Shown here: one piece after another, positions 39,031 through 54,186 of the stretch | How the letters are laid out: each line of letters begins with the position of its first letter | How positions within the stretch are numbered: the stretch's first letter is position 1 | NCBI RefSeq assembly: GCF_963921235.1 | Contig: NC_086129.1 | Location: 5,208,001 to 5,272,000 of the forward strand | From: Mobula hypostoma | Lineage: Eukaryota | DNA: 64,000 nucleotides | Direction: 5' to 3' | Position numbers and translations under genes: made by a program | Notes under the pieces: generated by a model | Databases searched by the model: none | What the model was told of the DNA's origin: nothing | Seen by the model: only the letters and a program-made list of their open reading frames with translations

Positions 39031-39526
39031 TCAAAGAGGTAAAGTCTCAACGTCTCCACTCCAATTGTGCCCTCTCCAACACTGGCCGCTCCATTTGCTC
39101 CTGCTTGACTTGATAATCAATCCTGAACGCTGACTGGCCACTGCTGAAAGCTAAAAAAATAACCTTCCCTGAACCACTGCCGTTAATACACGATCGGCGA
39201 ACCTGAGGGAATTACGTCCTCTCAAGCTTCTGATCTCTCCGATTAACGATGGGTCAAAGCCCGGCAGGGTGACACAAGGATGAATGACTGATTGAAACCC
39301 ATCCCACATTCAGAGCAGGTGACCACCCTCACCACAGTGTGAACCCATCACTGTCTCTGCAGTGTGGATGAGTGTGTGAATGCCTTCCCCCAGTCTGAGC
39401 AGGTCAACATCCTCTCACTGCTGAAAAGAGTCTGGTGTGTCAGTAGGTGAGATGAATTTGTGCATTAATTCCCACAGTCTGAGCAGTTGAACAGTTTCTC
39501 CCCAGTGTGAACTCACTGATGTTCAT

Positions 39527-41260
39527 TCAATTGAGATGTCTGAGTGAATCCTCTCCCACATTCAGAACAGGTGAGTGGCATTCCCCAGTGTGAATCCGCT
39601 GATGTGCTTTAAAGTCTGATGACTGAGAGAATTCCTTCCCACAATCTGAGCAGGTGAACGGTTTCTCCCTCGTGTGAATTCGACAGTGCCTCACAAGGCT
39701 GGGTGACCGAGTAAATCCCTTCCCACATTCAGAACACGTGAATGGCTTCTCCCCAGTGTGAACCCGGCAGTGCCTCGCAAGTTTGCACGAGTCAGCGAAT
39801 CCCCTCCCACAATCTGAGCAGGTGAACGGTTTCACCCCGGTGTGAATTCGGCAGTGCCTTGAAAGGTCGGATGACCGAGCGAACCGCTTCCCACATTCAG
39901 AACAGCTGAATGGTTTCTCCCCAGTGTGAATTCGTTGATGTAATTTAATGTCTGATGACCGAGTGAATCCCTTCCCACATTCAGAGCATGTGAATGGCTT
40001 CTCCCCAGTGTGAATTCGATGATGTATCTTCAGATGACATGACCGAGTGAATCCCTTCCCACATTCAGAGCAGCTGAACGGTTTCTCCCCAGTGTGAATT
40101 CGGCAGTGTTTCACAAGGGAGTATGAGTCAGTGAATCCCTTCCCACATTCAGAGCAGCTGAACGGTTTCTCCCCAGTGTGAACTCGCTGATGTTCAATCA
40201 GTTGATATGACCGAGCAAATCCCTTCCCACATTCTGAGCAAGTGAATGGCCTCTCCCCAGTGTGAAGTCGGTAGTGCCTCGCAAGGTTGGATGACCAAGT
40301 GAATCTCTTCCCACATTCAGAGCACGTGAATGGCCCATCCTCAGTGTGAACTTGCTGATGTTCAATCAGTTGATATGAATCAGTGAATCCCTTCCCACAT
40401 TCAGAGCAAGTGAATGGCCTCTCCCCAGTGTGAATTCGGGAGTGCCTCACAAGATTGGATGAACAATTGAATCTCTTCCCACATTCAGAGCATGTGAATG
40501 GCTCCTCCCCAGTGTGAATTCGACAGTGGTTCACAAGGGAAAATGAATCAGTGAATCCCTTCCCACATTCAGAGCATGTGAACGGCCTCTCCCCAGTGTG
40601 AGTTCGCTGATGTACCTTCAGTTGAGATGACCGAGTGAATCCCTTCCCACATTCAGAGCATGTGAATGGCCTCTCCCCAGTGTGAATTCGCTGATGTACC
40701 TTCAGCTGAGATGACAGAGTGAATCCCTTCCCACATTCAGAGCATGTGAATGGCCTCTCCCCAGTGTGAATTCGCTGATGTACCTTCACTTGAGATGACC
40801 GAGTGAATCCCTTCCCACATTCAGAGCATGTGAATGGCCTCTCCCCAGTGTGAACTCGCTGATGTACCTTCAGTTGAGATGACAGAGTGAATCCCTTCCC
40901 ACATTCAGAGCATGTGAATGGCTTCTCCCCAGTGTGAACTCGATAGTGCCTCGCAAGGTCGGATGACCAAGTGAATCTCTTCCCACATTCAGAGCACATG
41001 AATGGCTTCTCGCCAGTGTGAATTCGGCAGTGCTTCACAAGGGAGTATGAATCAGAGAATCCCTTCCCACATTCAGAGCATGTGAACGGTTTCTCCCCAG
41101 TGTGAACTCGCTGATGCACCGTCAGATGAGATGACTGAGTGAATCCCTTCCCACATTCAGAGCATGTGAATGGCTTCTCCCCAGTGTGGACTCGCTGATG
41201 TCTCTGTAGTGCGGATGAGTGAGTGAATCCCTTCCCACAGTCTGAGCAGGTGAACGGCAT
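39527..41260 (-). CDS. ZNF-D: tandem C2H2 protein, 20 fingers, no effector domain
   Basis: ATG at 41260 (IK-MPFTC); the ORF-track start is GTG; ends in the frameshift tail [18 protein letters not shown]. Confidence 0.9.
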   Translation of the reverse strand: MPFTCSDCGKGFTHSSALQRHQRVHTGEKPFTCSECGKGFTQSSHLTVHQRVHTGEKPFTCSECGKGFSDSYSLVKHCRIHTGEKPFMCSECGKRFTWSSDLARHYRVHTGEKPFTCSECGKGFTLSSQLKVHQRVHTGERPFTCSECGKGFTRSSQVKVHQRIHTGERPFTCSECGKGFTLSSQLKVHQRIHTGERPFTCSECGKGFTRSSQLKVHQRTHTGERPFTCSECGKGFTDSFSLVNHCRIHTGEEPFTCSECGKRFNCSSNLVRHSRIHTGERPFTCSECGKGFTDSYQLIEHQQVHTEDGPFTCSECGKRFTWSSNLARHYRLHTGERPFTCSECGKGFARSYQLIEHQRVHTGEKPFSCSECGKGFTDSYSLVKHCRIHTGEKPFSCSECGKGFTRSCHLKIHHRIHTGEKPFTCSECGKGFTRSSDIKLHQRIHTGEKPFSCSECGKRFARSSDLSRHCRIHTGVKPFTCSDCGRGFADSCKLARHCRVHTGEKPFTCSECGKGFTRSPSLVRHCRIHTREKPFTCSDCGKEFSQSSDFKAHQRIHTGECHSPVLNVGEDSLRHLN

Positions 41261-43013
41261 CTTTATAGTGTGGGCTCGCTGGTGTTCGTTCAGCTGAGAT
41301 GATGGAGTGAATCCTTTCCCACAGAGCGCAGGTGAATGGCTTCTCCCCGGTGTGAACTCGCTGGTGTCACTGTGGCGTGGTTGAGTGTGTGAATGAATTC
41401 CCACCGTCCGAGCAGGTTACTGTCCTCTGACTGGTGAATTTTCGGATATATCTTTAGTATCGACGACAGAATGAATTGCTTCCCATAGTCAGCACAGGTG
41501 GAGCATCTCACTATGGTGTGAACTTGCTGATATATTGTCAGGCTAGATGACTAAGTAGATCCCTTCCCACATACAGAGCAGGTGAATGGTCAGTCCACAC
41601 CGTGAACTGACTGGCGTGACTGTGGGTAGGCTGTGAGTGAATCCCTTCCCACACTGAGAGAAGGAGAATGATATCTCACTGCAATCAATTCTCTGGAAAT
41701 TCAGAAAGTCAGACGTTTCAATCTCTTGTACAATCAATGCAGTTGAAGAACTGATCTCCAGTGAACAAATACTGGTGTGTTCTCAGCAAGCTGGTTCCAG
41801 TGAATCTCACAGAGTAAAATCAGAAAACTTCATTTCAGAGACAGAATACGTTTACCAGCTGGGATGAGATACTTCTTCATCTCCAAGGATCGACAGCAGA
41901 TGTGTTGGTCTTGCAAAGAAAATATTCGATCACTCTTTATATATCCGGTCAGAGAGACAAAACTGACATGTTGAGATTCCCATGCACAAGTGTTCTGCCA
42001 TTTCAAACCTGTAAAAATATTTGAAAGGACATCAATGGGTGAAGAACATTATTTCAGGTGAGACTTTAGTCTGAATGGTGAGAAGATAAGAAATAGGAGC
42101 ACGAGAACGTCATCTGACCCGTCTCCACCAACCTGCCTTTCCCCATCACCCTTAATTTCCCTATTATGCAAAAATCTATCCAACCTTGTCCCAAATGCTT
42201 TTTACTGAGGTAGTCTCCACTGCTTCATTGGGCAGAGAAATCCACAGATTCACCAGCCTCAGGGAAAAGCAGTTCCTCCTCATCTCCATCCCAAATACCC
42301 CAAACCTTAAGATGTCCTCTCATTCTAGTTTCACCTACCAGTGGACACAACTTTCCTGCCTCTATCTTATCTATCCCTTTCACAATTTTACACGTTTCTA
42401 TGAGATCTTCTCTCAATGTGAGCTTTGGCATAATAATATTTCCCAGTTCAATTCAAGTTGTGATATACCCCAGGCTACTGTGGGAAGGGAGGGAGGAGAT
42501 TGCCGAGCATCTGGCGATGATCTTTGTATCATCAATAGGGATGTGAGAAGTACCCGAGGATTATTCAAGAGAGGGAGTAGAGGTGACCCAGGAAATGATA
42601 GACCAGTGAGGCTTGCTTTAGAGGTGGGCAATTTGTTGAAGAAAATCCTAAGAGGGAGGGCTTATGAGTATCAGATTAGGGGTAGTCAGCATGGCTTTGT
42701 CAACAACCTGATTGAATTCTTTGAGGATGTAACAAACCACATTGATGAAGGTAGAACACTGGATGTAGTGTACATGGTTTTCTGTAAGGCTTTTGATAAG
42801 GTTCCCCATACGAGGCTCATTGAGAAGGTAATGAGGCCAGGACCCATGGAGACCTGCTTTGTGGATCCGGAACTGGCTTGCCCACAGAAGGCAAAGGGTG
42901 GTTGTCGATGGTTTATATTCTGCATGGAGGATGGTGACCAGTGATATTCTGCAAGGATCTGTTCTGGGACACCTCCTCTTTGTGATTTTTATAAATGGCC
43001 TTGATGAGGAAGG

Positions 43014-43153
43014 TCATCCACTTTCAAATCTTTTACTATCTCTTCTTTCAGTTAGTCCTGACGAAGGGTCTCGGCCCAAAACGTCGACTGTACCTCTTCC
43101 TATAGATGCTGCCTGGTCTGCTGCGTTCACCAGCAACTTTTATGTTTGTTGCT
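43014..43153 (+). mobile_element. Penelope-terminus insertion with a mutated hammerhead (GAAA>AAAA)
   Basis: TSD CTTGATGAGGAAG; AGTCCTGACGAAGGGTCTCGGCCCAAAACGTCGACT. Confidence 0.8.
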
Positions 43154-43654
43154 TGATGAGGAAGTAGAAGGTTGGATTTGTAAGTCTGTCGATGACACAA
43201 ATGCAGGGGGTGTTGTGGATAGTCTGACTGGTTGTCAGAGTGGAGCGTGACATCAATAGGATGCAGAACTGGGAAGGGAGGTGACAGATGGAGTTCAACC
43301 CAGTGGTTCATTCCGGTTGGTCAAATTTGAAGACAGAAAAGAATATTAACGTTTGGACTCTTGGCAGTTTGGAGGATCAGCGAGATCTTGGGGTCTGTGT
43401 CAATAGTACATGCAAAGCTGCTGCGCAGGTTGACAATGTTGTTATGAAAGCCTTCATCAACCATGGGACTGAGTTGAAAAGCCGTGAGGTACTGTGACAG
43501 ATATACGAGGCCTTAGTGAAACCCCACTTTTAGTTCTGTGTTCAATTCTGATCACCTCACTGCAGGAAACATGTGGATAACCTAGAAAGTGTGCAGAGGA
43601 GATTTACAAGGATGCTGCTTGGGTTGGAGAGCATGCCTTACAAGAATAGGTTGA

Positions 43655-45225
43655 ATATTTATTCTTTAGTTGTTCAAATGACATCAATATACCTCGTCCA
43701 TAACAGTCCGCTACAGATCTAATCCCTTTTTGGTACCAATTATATAAAAGTTGATTCTCTATTGTAAAAGGAATAAGTCTGTATTGGAACAAAGGTTTCC
43801 TTGCTAATAAAGATTTCTGTATTTTATTATCAACATTTATCTTATTCCATAGATCAATCAAATGTTTTAATATAGGAGATTCTTTCTTTTCCTGTATCCA
43901 TTTAGATTCCCATTTATATATAAAATCTTCAGGTATATTTTCTCCTATCTTATCTAATTCTATTTTAATCCATGCCGGTTTTCGATCATCAAAGAAAGAT
44001 GCAATAATTCTAAGTTGGTTTGTTTTATAATAATTCTTAAAGTTTGGAAGTTGTAACCCTCCTAACTTGAATTTACATGTCAACTTTTCCAATAATATTC
44101 TTGACATCTTACCTTTCCAAAGAAATTTTCTCACACATTTATTTAACTCTTGAAAGAATTTCTGTGGCAATTGTATTGGTAATGTTTGAAACAAATACTG
44201 TAATCTAGGAAATATATTCATTTTTACAATATTGACTCTACCCATATCAAATAACACTTTCTTTTGTTACCTTCAATTAAGGGCTTACTTTAAAGGCAAA
44301 CTGGGTCAAACAACGTTTTTGCCAAAACCTAATGAAATTGAAATTTTAATTCAAAAAGGAAAAATTAAAAAATTCATTCCTTATATGTATAATTTGATTC
44401 CAAAACAGACAATTAAACAAGGAATCCACAAGTCAAAACAAAAATGGGAAACAGACCTGAATATTAATATTGATGAAACAAATTGGTCAAGACTGTGTCT
44501 TGACATTATGACAAATACAATAAACATTCGACTTAGATTAGTACAATATAATTTTTTACACCAATTATATATTACACCACAAAAAATAAATAGATTAAAT
44601 CCAAATCTATCTGATAAATGCTTTCGGTGTAATCAAGAAATTGGTACTTTCTTACATTCTACTTGGTCTTGTTCAAAAATTCAACCATTTTGGATAAATT
44701 TAAGAGTCTTATTGAAACAAATTACTGGAATCAATTTCCACATATCCCTGTATTATTTGAATAAATATCAGAAAGGATTCATAAAAATTGCACTAGCAGT
44801 AGCTAAGAAGGCTATAGCAGTTACTTGGAAATCTGAGTTGTATTTAAGTATGAGTCGTTGGAACAATGAAATGGCTAGTTCTATTCCACTCTAAAAAAAT
44901 TACTTACAATTTAAGAGATAAATATGAAACATTTTTGAATATTTGGCGCCCTTATTTACAAAAGATAGGATGGCATATTTAATTGCTCCGATGATAAAGA
45001 TCTTGGTCCCTTGGGGAAAGTAACAAATAAATATACTAAATTTATTTTGAATCCCATGGAGCATGTGGAAACCTTCCAATATCCAGGCGGTTCTTTTTTT
45101 TCTTCTTTCTTTCTTTTTAGGTAGGAGTATATATCGGGGAGGAAGGGTTAAGGGGAGGGGGGAGTGTAGATATTATCTTCTCATGTATTCACTTTGAAAA
45201 CTCAATAAAAATTATACTAAAAAAA
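43655..45225. mobile_element. L1 3' fragment with twin-priming inversion
   Basis: Minus ORF 43604..44257 GRVNIVKMNIFPRLQYLFQ; plus ORF 44232..44894 CFRC...HSTWSC; poly(A); TSD AATAGGTTGA at 43645-43654 and 45226-45235. Confidence 0.88.
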
Positions 45226-46249
45226 AATAGGTTGAGTAAACTTTGGAGCATTGGAAGATGAGAGGTGACCTGAGAGAGTTGTATCAGATGATGAGAGGCA
45301 TTGAGCTTGTGTGCAGTCAGAGGCTTTTTCCCAGTGTTGAATTGGCTAACATGAGGGGGCATAGTTTTAAGGTGCTTGGTAGTAGGTACAAGGGCGACAC
45401 CAGAGGTAAATTTTTCACACAGAGAGTGGTAGGTGAATGGAATGCACTGCCAGCAGCAGTGGTAGAGGCAGATACAATAAGGGTCTTTTCAGACACTGCT
45501 AGGTAGGTATGTGGAGCTTAGAGAAATAGGGAGCTATGTGGTAGTGAAACTGTAGGCAGATTCTAGAGAAGGTTATATGCTCGGCACGACATTTGGGCCG
45601 AAGGGCCTGTAATGTATTGCAGACTTCTGTTTCTATGTTTCTATATGAACTCCTCACCTTCTGACAAGGCACGATCAGGCATCCTGAATGACCAACAAAT
45701 TCTCTGCCTCTATTCCCTCTGTCTGAGAATGGGCTATTTCACCCTTCAATCAATTCGTCTCTTTCCTTTGGTATTATTTCAAGTTCTGGTCGTGTTCCAC
45801 AACACTACAAAGAGAACTTGATACTACATGTCTGATCCTGGAGATTTTCTAATTACTGGGATCCCCCCCACCCCCAGCTGATTGACAGTGAGGAACCCAT
45901 CGATGGCAATGCCAATGACTATGAAGGGGTGGGCAGTAGTTATTCTGATCGGAGTGTAGCACTTTTGTGATGCGAAAGCTACAAGTCACTTGTCATCGAG
46001 GACAAAGGTGTTTCATATTGTTATTTACCCAGAGAGAACTAAAGCTGACGGGCGGATTTCTTTTTGCCATATCGCACTAATTGACATTATCACTGATTGG
46101 AATGTAGAGTCTTCATCCGAGAGTAACTGGACACTGTATTTTTGTTCTGAGTTATTAATCCTCGGATTTACATAGCTGGAGGTCGGCGATATTTGGGACA
46201 TACTCTGCCGGGATAACGCTGATAGTGGGACCTATGGCTGCCTCTTTAC

Positions 46250-46600
46250 CCAGAAGCCCCCACGAACAAGAAACCTGTCTATCTGCCATCCAAGGACCCA
46301 GCTTTGCGCTTGCGCCGCAAAATGGCGGCGGCGCCAGCCCTCATCAGCCGGAAGCCCCGTGGCTCGGGTAAATCGTGGAGCTGAGAGGGGGAAAGGACTG
46401 GGACTGTGCTGGGGTGCAGGGCCAGTGTGGACGGAGCTCACAGCAATTTTCCTTCAATCGCAGTTGAGGCGCCGGTGATTAAATTCCCACTCGCGGCCGC
46501 GCTCTTACCTGCGTCCGTTCCCGGAGAGCCTCTCGTCTACTGAGCGCATGCGCGACATCCGGGAATTGGCTGCTGGGCCCACGCATGCGTATTAGTTTAA
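46250..46600 (-). promoter_or_regulatory. ZNF-D proximal CpG promoter and exons 1-2
   Basis: GCGCATGCGC, ATTGGCT and AAAATGGCGGC motifs; donor CAG|GTAAG at 46509; acceptor at 46380; donor at 46250. Confidence 0.75.
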
Positions 46601-47474
46601 ACAAATACAAACAGTGAAGATCTGCTAACAAAGCCGGGGAACCACACAAAAGCAGCAACAAATATATAACTATTAACTTTAAATATACAAATAAAAAGAA
46701 AATCCACTGTTAGGTAGGTATGTGGAGCTCAGAGAAATAGGGGGCTATGGGGTAGTGAAACTGTAAACAGATTCCAGAGAAGTTTATATGGGCGGCATGA
46801 CGTTGTGGGCCGAAGGGCCTGTAATGTTTTGCCGACTTCTGTTTCTATGCTTCTATATGAACTCCTCACCTTCTAACAAGGCACGATCAGGCATCCTGAC
46901 TGTCCAACAAATTCTCTGACTGTATTCCCTGTCTGAGAATGGGTTATTTCTGCCTTCAATCAACCTGTGACTTGGCTCAACTTGTCTCCGTCCTTTGGTA
47001 TTATTTCAAGTTCTGGTCGTGTTCCACAACACTACAAAGAGAACTTTTTACAACATGTCTGATCCTGGAGATTTTCTAATTACTGGGATCCCCCCCACTC
47101 CCAGCTGATTGACAGTGATGAACCCATCCATGGCAATGCCAATGACTATGAAGGGGTGGGCAGTAGTTATTCTGATCGGAGTGTGGCACTTTTGTGATGT
47201 GAAAGCTACAAGTCACTTCCCATCGAGGACAGAGGTGTTTCATATCGTTATTTACCCAGAGAGAACTAAAGCTGACGGGCGGATTTCTTTTTGCCATATC
47301 GCACTAATTGACATTTTCACTGATTGGAATGTAGACTCTTCATCCGAGAGTAACTGGACACTGTATTTTAGTTCCAAATTACTCACCCTCGGATTTACAT
47401 AGCTGGAGGTCGGCAGTATTTGGGACATACTCTGCGGGGACAACGCTGGTAGTGTAACCAATGGCTGCCTCTTT

Positions 47475-47820
47475 ACCCAGAAGCCCCCACGAACTAGAAA
47501 CCTGTCTATCTGCCATCCAAGGACCCAGCGACGGGCAAAATGGCGGCAGCGCCAGCCCTCATCAGCCGGAAGCCCCGTGGCTCGGGTAAATCGTGGGGCT
47601 GAGAGAGGGAAAGGACTGGGACTGTGCTGGGGTGCAGGGCCAGTGTGGACGGAGCTCACAACAGTTTTCCTTCAATCGCAGTTGAGACGCCGCTGATTAA
47701 ATTCCCACCCGCGGCCGCGCTCCTACCTGCGTTCGACCCTGGAGAGCCTCCCGTCTACTGAGCGCATGCGCGACATCCGGGAATTGGCTGCGGGGTTCAG
47801 GCATGCGCATTAGTTTAAAC
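47475..47820 (-). promoter_or_regulatory. ZNF-D distal (duplicated) CpG promoter
   Basis: Second copy with the same motifs and splice sites. Confidence 0.7.
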
Positions 47821-49640
47821 AAATACAAACAGTGAAGAATCTGCTAACAAAGCCGGGGAACAACACAAAAGCAGCAACAAATATATAACTATTAACTTTA
47901 AATATATAAATAAAAAGAAAATCCGCTCTCAATACTGTTGGACAGGAGGAACTTTATCTAAAGGGAGTCACAAAACAAAAACATTTACAGAAATAACCCG
48001 AAACATTGACAATTTGTACAGTCTTTCCAGCTTTCTGGTTATGGGTTTCAGAGTATTAATGTATAGTTTGAAATCTGACGTAAAAATATAAATGAAGGTT
48101 TCTTATTGCCGTATTCACATTTATGGATATAAAACTTGCTGTAAAGTAACAAAAGATTAATGATAAATGATCCCTATGAGAGTTGGTATTATTAGTCAAC
48201 TCAAATAAAACATTTTCAAAACAAAAAGTATGATCCACATTAATATAGAGTATTCATCTATAAATTGACAAATATCAACCCAAAATATTTTAACATACAA
48301 TCCCAAACTGACGATATAAATCCTCTGGATATAAACCATAAAAAGTACAGTTAGTTTCAATATCAGAATTGAACCTCGTCAAATAAACATTGGTTGGATA
48401 ATATCTATGTATAATTTTAAATGAAATTTCTTTAATTTTATTCCTCAATAAAAACTTATTAAATGAGCCCCAAATACTCCTCCATCTCAGATTCCACAAG
48501 CGACTGTCCAAAAACTAAAAGCCGGAGGAATAGAAGTGAAGACTTTTTGAAACAAACTTCTAATACGTCTATTATTTTTTTAAAGACTTAGGAAAACAAA
48601 TCTTTCTTACAGCTGTACTGGATGGATCCAAGCTGGGTAATTCAACTACTGAATATGATGTATTTCTAAACAACATCATTACACCAGAGGGAATTGTATC
48701 CATAACAACAGCAAATTCTTTTGGAATCACAGGAATTTCAAAGGTGGATAAAAACACAGTCTAACTTAATAAAGGACCGCTTGAACTAAGTAACCATTTA
48801 ATTAACAAAATATTATTATCAAACCAACCTTTATAAAACAAATATTTATTCTTATGTTATGTTGTTCTTATGTTATGTTATTTCATTCCAGATAAAATAA
48901 TTATGAAAGAAAAATTGTATTTGTAAATCAAAGACCAAGATAAAAGCATCTGTTTATGAAACTGAGATAAACGGAGAGGAACTTTGTCTATTTTGTAATT
49001 ACATAAAAGAAAAGAAATTCAATCCACCAACCAGGAAAAAGACAAAGTTACATATTTGGGGATAACTATTGTTAAAAGCAAATACTTAAGGTGTGTGGAT
49101 AATTTTCAACCTTTTATAGACTCCTACAGAAATAGGCTTATGTAAAATTGTTTAATCCAATTAATTTTAGAAGTATTATTAAGGCTGTCAAAATCAAGAA
49201 AATTTAGACGCCCCTTGTCATAACTATTCACGACAGCAGATTTTTTAGTATAATGAACTTAGTTTTTCCATAAAAAGGTAAACAACATGGTGTCTATCAA
49301 TTTACAGAATTTTATCAATGTATAAGGGGAGAGCCTGGAAAGACCCTGTGTTTTACAAAGCAAAACCCGGCCTTTCAAAGGTAAGTCCCTTTGAAGCCAT
49401 TGGTTTAATCATTCTTTGGTTTTGTCTATAAGAGGTTGAAAATTATCCACACACCTTAAGTATTCGTTTTTAACAATAGTTATCCCTAACTATGTAACTT
49501 TAATTCTTTTACTGGAATATTATTTAATATAGATTGAGTACAACCTTTAAGAGGCAATAATTCACATTTGTGAATATTTAAACAGAGGCCTGATGCTTTG
49601 GAAAATCAGAAATACAGTTTAAAGCCAACGAAAGTTCAGA
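47821..49640 (-). mobile_element. Degenerate L1/Tx1-clade LINE 3' portion
   Basis: WLQRDLPLKGRVLL, KIKEISFKIIHRYYP...CTF and EFAVVMDTIP motifs; very AT-rich. Confidence 0.7.
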
Positions 49641-49929
49641 AAGAGGAAAACATTTGCAGATGCGGAAATCCAATGCAACACATACAAAATACTTGAGGAA
49701 CTCAGTGGGGGGACCTGCAGCAACTATAGAGAGGAGTGAACAGTCGGCGTTTCAGACCGAGACCCTTCTTCAGGACTGGAAAGGAAGGGAGGGAGTCAGA
49801 ACGTGGCGGGAGGGGAGGTGAAAGGTGAAACCGGGAGATTGGGCAGGGGTGAAGTAAAGAGCTGGGAAGTTGTTTGGTGAAGGAGTTAGAGGGCTGGTGA
49901 ATAACAATGGTGATGATGATGATGATGAT

Positions 49930-51540
49930 GATAATAATAATAATTAATAAATACTTCATTGATCCTGATTGGGGAATTCTTCCATTACAGCAGTGACATT
50001 TAAAAGCACAATTAGCAATGTGCAGACTTTAATAAAAATAACATCTAGAATAATAACATACACAATAATAATGTGCCAATGTGCAATAATAATGTATGGA
50101 ATAATAATAAATCAATAGACTGTTGATTTCTGATGTGTGTTCTCCTGTTGCAGAAAGATGAACTGTTGAAAATGCTTATTGTATTTGGTCCCAAGGAGTT
50201 TCTGTAAAGATATTTGTGGCAGCCGAGCTGATTGAGTCTGTTCGAAAGGGAGCTCCGCTTTCTATTCAGTAGGTCATACAGAGGATGTGACAGATTGTCC
50301 ATAATCTATAACAGTTTGCTCAGTGTCCTCCTCTCCGCCACTAACTCAAAGACTCTGGGTTGTTGCCAAGGATGGATCCATTATTTTTGGTGAGCTTATT
50401 CAGTATTTTTACATCAACAAGTGTTGGCGCATGGCCAAGTGGTTAAGGCGTTCGTCTAGTGATTTGAAAGTCCTGAGCTGAGTGTGTGTCCTTGAGCAAG
50501 GCACTTAACCACACATTGCTCTGCGATGACACCGGTGTCAAGCTGTATGGGTCCTAATGCCTTTCCCCTGGACAACATCCCTGGCGTGGAGAGGGGAGAC
50601 TTGCAGCATGGGCAACTGCCGGTCTTCCACACAACCTTGCCCAGGCCTGCGCCCTGGAAACCTTCCAAGGTGCAAATCCATGGTCTCATGAGACTAACGG
50701 ATGCCTATTTACATCACCAGCACACACTTTGATGGATCACGGCTTCCTCAGAAAATAGAGTCTGCTCATCCACGTCTTGTAAACAGCCTCACTGTCGGTT
50801 TTCCAGTCAACTCTGTTCTTGAGCTGAACACCTAGATATTTATCCTCCTCCACCATCACAACCTCTTCTCCCAGAATGTATACAGGACGTGTCACAGTCC
50901 TCCTCCACCTAAAGTCAATCACAACCTCCTTGGTTTTGGCCACATTCAGCAGCAGGCGATCCCTCCCGCACTGTTCCACAAACCTGACCGCTAGTCCTCT
51001 GTGCTCAGACTCCTGCTCATCTCTGATACATCCAGCTACCGCAGTGTCATCGGAGAACTTCTGTAAGTGGCCAGGCTCAGAGTTGCACTAGATGTCTGAG
51101 CTGGACGGTGTGAACAGAAAGGGAGACAGGACAGTCCCTTGTGGGGCTCCAGTGTCACTCACCTCCACCTCAGGCAGAGAAGCACCCAGCGGTTACAAAC
51201 TGGGGTCTGTCAGGTACTCAGTAAGCCGGGAGATGGTGGAGAAAGTGATTGAATTATGTTGGAGGCACAAGAGAAATAAAAAAAAATGTGGTTCTGACAC
51301 TGTCACCGGTATCAGCCAGGAATGGGTGAGCTCGCTGCAACAGGGAGATGACGGTGCCATTCACGCCCTCTAGAGGCTGCTTGGCAAACTGCAGAGGGCC
51401 CAATGAAGATCTCAACAGCGGTCTGAGGTAAGTCAGCACCAGCCTGTCCAGCATCTTCATCCCATGAGATGTTAGGACAATTGGTCTGTAGTCATTAAGT
51501 CCCGATTGAGTTGCCTTTTTGGGTAGAGGAACGAAGCTGG
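49930..51540 (-). mobile_element. Rex1/Babar LINE fragment (RT to 3' tail)
   Basis: TGAPQGTVLSPFLF, KFSDDT, LLLNVAKTKEVVIDF and HPLY motifs. Confidence 0.75.
50422..50706 (+). mobile_element. tRNA-derived SINE with CORE/V-like central block
   Basis: TGGCCAAGTGGTTAAGGCG head; GTGTCCTTGAGCAAGGCACTTAACC block; flanking repeat TTTACATCA. Confidence 0.65.
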
Positions 51541-51583
51541 AACCTGAGTGAATTATGTCCTCTCAAACTTCTGATCTCTCTGA

Positions 51584-52738
<1,155 letters not shown>

Positions 52739-54186
52739 CTAAACAGTTTACCGTCCTCTCACTGGTGAATTTTCAGATATATCTTTAGCATCGACGACAG
52801 AATGAATTGCTTCCCACAATCAGAACAGGTAGAGCATCTCACTATGGTGTGAACTTGCTGATGGATCTTCAGGCTGGATGACTGAGTAGTTCCCCTCCCT
52901 CACACAGAGTGGGTGAATGGCCTCTCCCCACTGTGAACTGACTGGCGTGTCTGCAGGTATGATTTGAGAGAATCCCTTCCCACACTGAGAGAAGGAGAAT
53001 GATATCTCACTGTGAACAATTCTCTGGCAATTCGGAAAGTCAGACACTTCAATCCCTTGTACAATCAATGTAGTTGAAGAACTGATCTCCAGTGAACAAA
53101 TGCTGATGTTTTCTCAGCACCCCGGTTCCAGTGGATTTCACTAAGTTACAATAGAAGAGTTAATTTCAGACACAAAACACATTTCCAGCTGGGATGAGAC
53201 AACTCTTCATCTCCAAGGATCGACAACAGATGTGTTGGTCTTGCAAAGAAAATATTTGGTCACTCCTTATATATCCGGACCAAGAGAGAAAAGCTGACAT
53301 GTTGAGATTCCCATGCACAAGTGTTCTGCCATTTCAAACCTGTAAAAATATTTGAAAAGACATCAATGGGTGAAGGATAATTTTTCAGGTGAGATTTTGT
53401 TCTGTGGGGAGAACATAAAAAAAGGAGAACGCCGTCTGCCCCATCTGCACCACCCTGCCTTTTCCCCATTACCCTTAATTTCCATACTCTGCAAAAATCT
53501 GTCCAACCTTGTCTCAAATACATTTACTGAGGTAGCCTCCACTGCTTCATTGGGCAGAGAAATGCACAGATTCACCATCCTCAGGGAAAAGCAGTTCCTC
53601 TTCATCTCCATCCCAAATACCCCGAACCTTAAGGTGATGTCCTCTCGTTCCAGTCTCACCTAACAGTGGAAACAACTTTCCTTCTTCTATCATTCCTTTC
53701 ATAATTTTACATGTTTGTATAGGATCTTCTCTCAGTGTGAGCTCTGGTATCATAATGTTACCCAGTTCAAGTCAAGTTGAGATATACCGAAGGCTTCTGT
53801 GGGAAGGGAGGGAGGAGTTTGCTGAGCAACTGGCAATGAGCTATAATCAATAGGGATGGGAGAAGTACCCGAGGATTGTTCAAGAAAGGGAGTAGAGGTA
53901 ACCCAGGAAATTATAGACCAGTAACTTTTACATCAGTGGTGGGCAATTTGTTGGAGAAGATCCGAAGAGGGAGGGCTTATGAGCATCAGATTTGTGGTAG
54001 TCAGCATGGCTTTGTCAAGGGCAGGTCATGCCTTACAAACCTCATTGAATTCCTTGAGGATGTAACAAAACATATTGATGAAAGTAGAACATTGGATGTA
54101 GTGTACATGGTTTTCAGTAAGACTTTCGATAAGGTTCCCCATACGAGGCTCATTGAGAAAGTAATGGGGCAAGGATCGAAGAAGAC

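Larger units (their letters stand above)
45500..47925. repeat. Tandem duplication (about 1.21 kb x2) of the ZNF-D promoter and 5' exons
   Basis: Copies 45500-46710 and 46711-47925 both begin TAGGTAGGTATGTGGAGC and end AAAAGAAAATCC. Confidence 0.9.

Noticed and set aside
39527-41260. PRDM9 or a named ZNF ortholog
   Set aside because: No PR/SET, SSXRD or KRAB exon is visible, and orthology cannot be assigned from generic fingers
41261-41404. N-terminal extension MGIHSHTQP...SPALCGK as a novel effector domain
   Set aside because: It starts at GTG and is the out-of-frame reading of a decayed finger upstream of the 2-nt deletion
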